A DNA stretch of 64,000 nt from Candidatus Sericytochromatia bacterium (GTDB lineage: Bacteria > Cyanobacteriota > Sericytochromatia > S15B-MN24 > UBA4093): assembly GCA_036676495.1 (NCBI GenBank), contig JAKFCT010000047.1:43879-107878 (forward strand), read 5' to 3'. The first letter of the stretch is position 1; each line of letters begins with the position of its first letter. Position numbers and translations under genes: made by a program. The notes beneath the pieces are model-generated. The model had not been told where the DNA came from and made no database searches. It was given only the letters and a program-made list of their open reading frames with translations. Below are positions 57,044-64,000 of the stretch, one piece after another.

Positions 57044-57646
57044 ATGAAAGTCATCGGGCTGACCGGGGGGATTGCGAGCGGCAAGACCACGGTGGCGAAC
57101 CTGCTGGCCCGGCATGGCGGCGCGCTCATCGACGCGGACGTCGCGGCGCGGGAAGTGGTGGAGCCGGGCGAGCCGGCGCTCGCCGAAATTGCCGAGGCCT
57201 TCGGCCCCGAGGTGCTCGGAGCGGACGGTAAGCTGAACCGGCCGGCCCTGGCCGGCATCATCTTCAACGACGAGGCGGCCCGCCAGCAGCTCAACGCCAT
57301 CGTTCACCCGCGCGTCCGCGAACGGATGCTCCGGCAGCTGGACGCACTGCGCCGGCAGCCCACGCCTCCGCGCTTCGCGGTGCTGGTGGTTCCCTTGCTG
57401 CTCGAATCGGGCCATGACTGGAAAATCGATCAGATCTGGGTGGTGGCGGTGCCGGAGGACGTGCAGCGCGAGCGCCTGATGCGGCGGGACCAGCTGGCCC
57501 CGGAAGCGGCGCAGGCCCGGATTCAGGCCCAGATGCCGCTTTCCGAGAAGCTGCAAAGAGCCGATCGAGTGATTGAGAACACGGGTGACCTTGCCGAGGT
57601 GGAAAAGGCGGTCGTGGAGCTACTCCGAGACGAGCAGCTTCTCTAG
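57044..57646 (+). CDS. coaE: Dephospho-CoA kinase
   Basis: IGLTGGIASGKT, IDAD, IVHP.V, PLLLE, RIQAQMP. Confidence 0.95.
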   Translation: MKVIGLTGGIASGKTTVANLLARHGGALIDADVAAREVVEPGEPALAEIAEAFGPEVLGADGKLNRPALAGIIFNDEAARQQLNAIVHPRVRERMLRQLDALRRQPTPPRFAVLVVPLLLESGHDWKIDQIWVVAVPEDVQRERLMRRDQLAPEAAQARIQAQMPLSEKLQRADRVIENTGDLAEVEKAVVELLRDEQLL

Positions 57647-57743
57647 AGCTAACGTCGTTTCTACAGGTCAGCTACGCTTTCCCAAGCCTAGCCGCAGGCG
57701 CTTCGAAACAGCCGCGGGCGCTAGTCCGTGCTAGCATAGAGGC

Positions 57744-58400
57744 ATGTCGAATTCCCTGCTCCCGCGGTCCCCGGCCCGCCCCAAACGCGTTCGGCCGCGA
57801 GGTCGTGCGCCGTGGCTCACGTTCCTGGCGATCGCCCTGATCCTCGCCGTCTTCCATCGCCCGATCCTGGTGGGGTTCGGTCGCCTGGTGTACCCGTTCC
57901 CGTACCGCGAATTCGTCGAACGCCATGCCGAGCGTCATGGGCTCGATCCCTTGCTCGTGGCGGCGGTGATCCGCGAGGAGTCGGGCTTCGACCCGCGGGC
58001 CCGCTCCGGGGTGGGCGCGCGGGGCCTGATGCAGCTCATGCCGCGCACGGCCCGCTGGGCGGCCCCCAAGGCGGGAGTCCGGCGCTTCGGCGTGGACGAC
58101 CTCGAGGATCCCGAGACCAACATCCGGTTGGGCTGCTGGTACCTCGCCTACCTCTCGCGGCAGTTCGACGGGGATCTCCCCCTGATGCTCGCCGCCTACA
58201 ACGGCGGGGAGGGCAACGTCGCGCGCTGGCGCCGGGCCCATGGCCATGAGGCCGAGCAGTTCTTGACCGCGGCCTTCCCCGAGACCCGCCGCTACGTGAC
58301 GCGCGGGATCACCACCTACCGCAACTACCGCTTCCTGTACCGGGACTGGGCGGAAGGGTTCTGGGGCGGCACGCCCTGGGGGGGCACATGGAACGATTGA
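57744..58400 (+). CDS. SLT-domain lytic transglycosylase
   Basis: AVIREESGF, GARGLMQLMP.TA, AAYNGG.GNV, FPETRRYV. Confidence 0.92.
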   Translation: MSNSLLPRSPARPKRVRPRGRAPWLTFLAIALILAVFHRPILVGFGRLVYPFPYREFVERHAERHGLDPLLVAAVIREESGFDPRARSGVGARGLMQLMPRTARWAAPKAGVRRFGVDDLEDPETNIRLGCWYLAYLSRQFDGDLPLMLAAYNGGEGNVARWRRAHGHEAEQFLTAAFPETRRYVTRGITTYRNYRFLYRDWAEGFWGGTPWGGTWND

Positions 58401-58957
58401 AGTTCTTCCTGGAGAAAAGCCTCAAGGGCCTGAACCTGGAGGGCACCTACCAGGTGAGCAAGGTCTTCGGGATCTGGAGCGAACTGGTGGGCCCCTTGAT
58501 CGCCCAGAACACCAAGCCGCGCTTCTTCCGGCAGGGCGTCCTGATCGTCGAGGTGGCCTCCGCGGCATGGGCCAACGAGCTGAACCTCCTCAAACCCGGC
58601 ATCATGCATGCCCTGGAAAAGCGCCTCGGAAAGGGACTCGTCCGGGACATCCGCTGGCAGGTGGCGCCGCCGTACCGGCCGGGAACTCCCTACGCGGGGC
58701 CGGAGATGCCGACCGATCTCGTGCGCAAGGGCATCCAGCTGCCGGAGCTGGCGACCACCGAGCGCGAGGCGATCGCCCAGGACGTGGGCGGGAAGGTGAA
58801 GGATCCGGAGCTGGCCGAAACGGTGGCGGGCTTCCTGGAGACGCTGGCCCGCCGCAAGAAAGCCCGCGAGAAGGAAGGGGCCAAGGCCTGCCGGGAATGC
58901 GGCTGTATGCACCGGGGAGAAGGCGATCGCTGCCCCATCTGTCGTCTGAAGACCTAA
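58388..58957 (+). CDS. DUF721/DciA-like protein with C-terminal Zn ribbon
   Basis: W.ELVG..IA.NT.P, L.VEV.SAAWANEL, C-terminal CRECG...CPIC. Confidence 0.8.
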   Translation: MERLKFFLEKSLKGLNLEGTYQVSKVFGIWSELVGPLIAQNTKPRFFRQGVLIVEVASAAWANELNLLKPGIMHALEKRLGKGLVRDIRWQVAPPYRPGTPYAGPEMPTDLVRKGIQLPELATTEREAIAQDVGGKVKDPELAETVAGFLETLARRKKAREKEGAKACRECGCMHRGEGDRCPICRLKT

Positions 58958-59025
58958 CGTAGCTCATTGACAGCAAACCGCCAAGCGATAAGGATAGGAA
59001 ACGTCCTAGTTGTTTGGAGCCTGAG

Positions 59026-62000
59026 ATGCCGGTCCTACGCGAGACTCTCCAGAGCTACGTTCCTCGGATCCTCCTGCGCCGCGGGGAACACGATCCCAGC
59101 ACCTTCCAAAGGCCTTTCGAAGCGCGCTTCGAAGGGGCCGTCCTCTTTGCGGACATCTCGGGATTCACCGCGCTCGCCGAGCAGCTCACCGCCGAGGGAG
59201 CCGCCGGGACCGAGGAGCTGATCCGGATTCTCAACTCCTGCTTCAGCGACCTGATCGAGCGGGTCCACGCCCATGGCGGAGACGTCGTGAAGTTCGCCGG
59301 GGACGCCCTGCTCGCCATCTGGCCCGAAGGCGACGAAGCCGGGACGGAGCTCGAGGCGATGGCCCTGCGGGCGGCGGCCTGCGGCCTGGAGATGCAGGAA
59401 GCCCTGAGCGATCGCCCCATGGGCACCGGCGTCCAGCTCTCCATGCGCATCGGGATGGGCGTCGGGGAGATCGCCCTGATCCACGGCGGCGGGCATGGCG
59501 GCGCCTGGGAGTTCTTCGTGGTCGGCGAGCCGTTGCTTCAACTCGCCCGCCTCCAGCGCCAGATCGTCCCGGGAGAGCTGCGCCTCACGGCCCCGGCCTG
59601 GAACCTCTTGCAAGGCCACGGTCATGGCAGCCCGCAGCCGGGAGGCGGCGTTCGGCTGGAGGCCCTGGATACCCTCCCCCCGGCGCTGACACTTCCCGAG
59701 CCGACGCTTCCGAGCGAGGCGGAAACAGCCCTGCAGGCTTGGGTTCCGGGCGCGGTGCGACGCCGCTTGCTCGCAGGACAGACCGGCTGGCTGGCCGAAC
59801 TGCGCCGGGTCACGGTGGTCTTCGTCAACGTCCCCGCCTTGAATCACTACACCTCCCTGGAGCGCGCCCAGCAGATCATGGAGGTGCTACAGCGGGAGGT
59901 GGAGCGCTTCGGCGGCAGCATCAACAAGCTCAGCGTCGACGAGAAGGGCGTGTCCTTGCTGGCGGCCTTCGGCTTGCCTCCCCGCTCGCATGCGGACGAT
60001 CCCTGGCGGGCCCTGCAGGCGGCGATCGCCCTGCGCCTGGAGCTGGCGACCATGGGGGCCGCCTCGGGCATCGGCATCGCCACCGGACGGGTCTTCTGCG
60101 GAGAGGTGGGCAACGCCCGGCGGCGCGAGTACACGGTGATCGGAGACCCCGTCAACCTGGCCGCCCGCCTCATGCAGCTGGCCCCCGGCGAGATCCTCTG
60201 CGACGCCGAAACCACCCTCCAGCTCCAGAACCGCTACGAATTCGAATCGTCCAGCCCCACGTCCGTGAAGGGAAAGACGGCTCCCATCCTGGCGTTCCGC
60301 CCCAAAGCCGAGCTGGCCCGAGAAGAAGCGGCGCCGGAGCTGATCGGCCGCCAGCGCGAGAAGACCCAGCTCTTCGACGCCCTGGAAAGGCTCTCAGAAA
60401 CGGGCCATGGCAGCGCCTTCCTCATCGAAGCCGAGGTCGGCCTGGGCAAATCCCAGCTGGTCGCCGCCGCCATGGCCCAGGCCCAAGCGCTGGGGATGCG
60501 GATCCTGCAAGGAGAAGGGGAAGCCGTCGGCCGCGCGGTCCCCCACCATGCCTGGGGGCCCGTATTCAAGCGCCTCCTGGGCCAGGAGGGCCTGCCTTCT
60601 GCCCCGCGCCTCCAGGACTTCCTCGATCGGGAGCTGGGGGAAGGCCGACTCACCCCCCTCCTCGCCCCGGTCCTGGGCTTGGAACTCCCTGAAACGGCGG
60701 ATACGGCCCAGTTGCACGGGAAGGTGAGGGCGGATAACACGCACGATCTGCTGCTTCGCCTGATCGCACGCGAGGCGGAGCGCCATCCGCTCCTGATCGT
60801 GATCGAGGATCTGCACTGGCTGGACTCCGCCTCCGTGGCCTTGCTTCAGCAAGCATGCCAGCGGTCGCTCCCCATCCTCTGGCTCCTGACGGCGAGTCCG
60901 CATGGAGAGCATGCCGACCTTGCGGCGATTCGAGGCTTGCCCGGAGTGAAGCGGGTCGAGCTGGGGCCGCTTTCCCGTGAGGAGGCCGCAGCGCTGGCTT
61001 GCCGTGCGCTGGACGTCGCGGACCTGCCCCCGCCGGTGGAGCGCTTCATCTTCGAGATGGCGGAAGGGCATCCGTTCGTCACCGAGGAGCTGGCCTACGC
61101 GGTCCGGGATGCGGGTCTTCTGGAGATCGAGGACGGGAAGAGCCGCCTCGTGGCCGAGAGCGCGAGCCTCAGCTCCCAGGACCTTCCCACGACGATCCAG
61201 GGGCTGATCACGAGTCGCGTGGACCGGCTCCCGCAGTCCCAGCAGCTCTCCTTGAAGGTGGCGAGCATCATCGGGCGCAGCTTCGCCTACCGGACGCTGC
61301 GGGACGTGCATCCCATCGAGGCCGATCGGCCGCGGCTGGAGGGGCAGCTGCGGGATCTGACGAACAAGGGGCTGACCATGCTGGAAGCGCCCGCTCCGGA
61401 CTCGACGTATGCGTTCCGGCACGTCGTCACGCACGAGGTGACGTACAACCTCTTGCTGAATTCGCAGCGCGAGCAGCTTCACCGGGAGGTGGCGTCCTGG
61501 TACGAGCAGGCCCACTCCGGGGCGCTGGCGCCGGTCTACCCGATCCTGGCGCATCACTGGGAGCGCGGCGGGGATGCGGGCCAGGCGATCGGCTACCTCA
61601 CGAAGGCCGGCATCCAGGCCTTGAAGGGCGGGGCCTACCAGGAGGCGATCGCCTCCTACCAGCGCGCGCTGACGCTGGCCGAGAAGGTGCCGTTCGGCAC
61701 CCGGGAACGAGGGGCCTGGCATCAAGGCCTCGGGGAAGCTTACCTGGGGCTGGGACGCCTCGAGGAGGGAGAGCATCACCTCCGGATCGCCGCTCAGGCG
61801 CTGGGCGTTCCGGTTCCCACGAGCACCGCCACGCGGATCCTGGCCATCCTGAAGGAGGTGGGGATCCAGGCCTGGCATCGTTTCGGGTGGGGCATGCGGC
61901 GGGGCGACCCGGAGGAGCGGCGGGAGGGGGCCCGGCTGTACCAGCAGCTGAGCTTGGTTCATTACTTCGCCGGAGAGAGCCTTCCCGTGGTGCTGGATTG

Positions 62001-62943
62001 CTTCCGGGCGTTGAACCTGGCCGAGCAGGCGGGCGCCAGCCGGGAGGAATCAGGGGCCCTGGCGGACATGGCCGTCCTGATGGGGGTGGTCCCGGTGCAT
62101 GCCTTCGCGCGGTTCTACCTGAAGCAAGCCCTGCGGGCGCTGCGGGGGGTGGAGGATCTGAGCGTCCGAGCGAAGGTTCTGACGCGCACGAGCCTCTACG
62201 AGATGGGCTGCGGGAACTGGCAGGGAGTGCGGGAATCCTTGCGGGAGGCCATGGCCCTGAGCGAGCGCCTGGGCGATCGCCGCATGTACGGGGAGAGCCT
62301 GGTGGTGCTGGCGCTCTCCTACCGTTATGCCGGGGATTTCGAGGAGGCGCTGGGGCTCTACGATCAGCTCCACGACTCGGCCCTGCGTCGGGGCAACGAT
62401 CAGGAGCGGAGCTGGGCGCTGAACGGGAAGGGGATGATCCTGCTGAGGCAAGGGGAAATCGAGGAAGCCTCGCGGCTCTTCGACGAGGCGGAGAGCCTGG
62501 TCGCGGCGAGTCCGGACGAGACCGAGCGGCTCAACACGCTGAGCCAGCGGGCGTTGATCCATCTCCGGAAGGGCGAGCGAGAGGCGGCATGGGAAGCGGC
62601 ACAGGAAGCGCTGGCGATGATCGCCCGCAAACCCCCGATAGCCGGCCATGCGATCGATGGGATCTCCGGAGCAGCCGAAGTTTTCCTGGGCTTGTGGGAG
62701 CAAAGTGCCGAGCGGCGCTATCGGGAAGCGGCCAAGAGGGCATGTCGGGCCATGCGGCGCTTCGCCACGCTGTTTCCGATGGCGGAGTCGCGAGCCTGGC
62801 TTTGGCGAGGGGAGTTCGCATGGCTGGACGGATCGCATGCCAAGGCGCGCAGGGCCTTGCAGCGGAGCCTGAAATTGGCCCAAGGGCTGGAGATGCGCTA
62901 CGACGTGGAGCGGATCTCGGAGGTGATTGCCCGGCGCGGGTAG
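59026..62943 (+). CDS. Tandem class III cyclase + STAND/AAA ATPase + TPR protein (soluble adenylyl cyclase-like architecture)
   Basis: LFADISGFT, KFAGDA, EYTVIGDPVNLAARLM, AEVGLGKS, IEDLHWLD, GHPF..EEL, TPR-like helices. Confidence 0.9.
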   Translation: MPVLRETLQSYVPRILLRRGEHDPSTFQRPFEARFEGAVLFADISGFTALAEQLTAEGAAGTEELIRILNSCFSDLIERVHAHGGDVVKFAGDALLAIWPEGDEAGTELEAMALRAAACGLEMQEALSDRPMGTGVQLSMRIGMGVGEIALIHGGGHGGAWEFFVVGEPLLQLARLQRQIVPGELRLTAPAWNLLQGHGHGSPQPGGGVRLEALDTLPPALTLPEPTLPSEAETALQAWVPGAVRRRLLAGQTGWLAELRRVTVVFVNVPALNHYTSLERAQQIMEVLQREVERFGGSINKLSVDEKGVSLLAAFGLPPRSHADDPWRALQAAIALRLELATMGAASGIGIATGRVFCGEVGNARRREYTVIGDPVNLAARLMQLAPGEILCDAETTLQLQNRYEFESSSPTSVKGKTAPILAFRPKAELAREEAAPELIGRQREKTQLFDALERLSETGHGSAFLIEAEVGLGKSQLVAAAMAQAQALGMRILQGEGEAVGRAVPHHAWGPVFKRLLGQEGLPSAPRLQDFLDRELGEGRLTPLLAPVLGLELPETADTAQLHGKVRADNTHDLLLRLIAREAERHPLLIVIEDLHWLDSASVALLQQACQRSLPILWLLTASPHGEHADLAAIRGLPGVKRVELGPLSREEAAALACRALDVADLPPPVERFIFEMAEGHPFVTEELAYAVRDAGLLEIEDGKSRLVAESASLSSQDLPTTIQGLITSRVDRLPQSQQLSLKVASIIGRSFAYRTLRDVHPIEADRPRLEGQLRDLTNKGLTMLEAPAPDSTYAFRHVVTHEVTYNLLLNSQREQLHREVASWYEQAHSGALAPVYPILAHHWERGGDAGQAIGYLTKAGIQALKGGAYQEAIASYQRALTLAEKVPFGTRERGAWHQGLGEAYLGLGRLEEGEHHLRIAAQALGVPVPTSTATRILAILKEVGIQAWHRFGWGMRRGDPEERREGARLYQQLSLVHYFAGESLPVVLDCFRALNLAEQAGASREESGALADMAVLMGVVPVHAFARFYLKQALRALRGVEDLSVRAKVLTRTSLYEMGCGNWQGVRESLREAMALSERLGDRRMYGESLVVLALSYRYAGDFEEALGLYDQLHDSALRRGNDQERSWALNGKGMILLRQGEIEEASRLFDEAESLVAASPDETERLNTLSQRALIHLRKGEREAAWEAAQEALAMIARKPPIAGHAIDGISGAAEVFLGLWEQSAERRYREAAKRACRAMRRFATLFPMAESRAWLWRGEFAWLDGSHAKARRALQRSLKLAQGLEMRYDVERISEVIARRG

Positions 62944-62983
62944 CGCCCGCGGATGGCGCAGGCAGAGACGCCTGCGCCACGCG

Positions 62984-63493
62984 TTAGGAGAGGGCGTCGC
63001 GGAAGAGACGGGTCATCTGGTCGGTGAAGTAGGTGAGCTTCTGGTCCATGAGGGCGTCGCCGGTGGTCTTGACGAGGCTGCGCGGGGCGAAGCGCAGGAT
63101 GGAGGGGACGGGCAGCTGGACCTGGACATCCATGGAATGGGTGAGGGCGGTTCCCTCCGGCGTAGGGTGGAGGCAGGTTTCGGAGGTGTAGTGAGCGAGC
63201 AGGATGCCCTCTCCGATCCAGGCGTCCTGGGGGTCGAACGGCAAGGAGCGGGCGACGAGGCGCGCATGGGGCTCATGCTGGAGCTCGAGGTCGTAGGCGA
63301 GGTGGACGCCGTAGCCCATGGCTCCGATCCGCTTGAGGATGACGCGGACGACGCCTCCGGGGTAGTGTTCGACGGTTTCGACATCCGGCAGCTTGGCGAA
63401 GAGGTCGACGAAGTTTTCCACCACTCCCCAGGCGCGGTCGAGACCGGCGGAGACGTGGGTGGTACGGGCGGAGGATCCGGAGAGCACGAGCAT
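62984..63493 (-). CDS. SRPBCC-like (CoxG/DUF1997-like) protein
   Basis: Coherent ORF with C-rich codon usage; V.LP.P..LRF.P.SLVKTTGD.LM helix pattern. Confidence 0.55.
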   Translation of the reverse strand: MLVLSGSSARTTHVSAGLDRAWGVVENFVDLFAKLPDVETVEHYPGGVVRVILKRIGAMGYGVHLAYDLELQHEPHARLVARSLPFDPQDAWIGEGILLAHYTSETCLHPTPEGTALTHSMDVQVQLPVPSILRFAPRSLVKTTGDALMDQKLTYFTDQMTRLFRDALS

Positions 63494-63619
63494 GGGGCGG
63501 CCTTTCTACGGGAGGGGGCAACTCCTTTCTACCCGAAATGCGCCATGCGAACCGGGTCTCGTCTCCCGTTGCATGGGGGGGGATTCGGAGGTATACTTTC
63601 GGTACAACGCTATCATCAC

Positions 63620-64000
63620 GGGGATGTCACGGTTTCGACCAGGAGTGTGGTGGTAGGGGTTGCGAGCCGGGAGTGTCGTCCGATCCCGTAAAATCCGATG
63701 GCAACATGATAAGTGCGAAAACCTTTGCACTTCCCTCGGTTGGTGGCCGTCAGGCCGCTGCCCTCGCTGCCTAACCTCAGCGAGTGAAGGGACACTCACG
63801 GGCCTCCGTCGGTCGGGTTCGTGGGTCACTTTGACCGGCTGCTCGCGGCGGATCGCTAACTAAGCCGCGCTAAGACGAGTTGGATAGTTTTCTGGGAGCT
63901 GCGCCGAGGAGGGTCCCAGAGAGCGAAATCGATTCCCAGGCTACGCTCGTAGAAGCCTCTATGGCTGCCTTTTGGGACGTGGGTTCAATTCCCACCATCT
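63620..64000 (+). ncRNA. ssrA: tmRNA, truncated at the window end within the acceptor stem
   Basis: 5' GGGGATGTCACGGTTTCGAC; ATAAGT then tag ORF 63715-63774 ending ALAA-stop; 3' GGACGTGGGTTCAATTCCCACCATCT with T-arm, pairing with the 5' end including G3-U. Confidence 0.95.

Overview
High-GC diderm bacterial chromosome segment. The omp85-skp-lpxD-lpxC-fabZ-lpxA-lpxB order, several cyanobacteria-like accessory genes and the absence of photosynthesis genes suggest a non-photosynthetic cyanobacterial relative such as Sericytochromatia (inference). The right half is mostly core genes: ychF, class II RNR nrdJ with an NrdR box, dapD-dapE-aminotransferase, queDEC, bamA-lpx, coaE, a tandem-cyclase STAND protein, and tmRNA cut by the window end. 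The left half is accessory. The main structural signal is that the last ~23 bp of ychF (VMHFRFNV) recur at 26760 and 23811, with a partial match at 11759. Each distal copy is followed at identical spacing by a non-ychF motif, G(T/C)TCAA-N3-(T/C)TCGAG-N-GGCCA(C/T)T. This outlines an integrase-less tandem array of three cargo segments (~1.6, ~2.9 and ~12 kb) accreted at the ychF 3' end. Other notable items: a LexA-type box in front of a topA, a stand-alone FrpC-like Asp-Pro self-processing module, a double HARE-HTH protein with an apparently dead HNH, tandem unknown lipoproteins, a 55-bp tandem repeat and a nested REP-like element. All calls were made by eye; no database searches were run.
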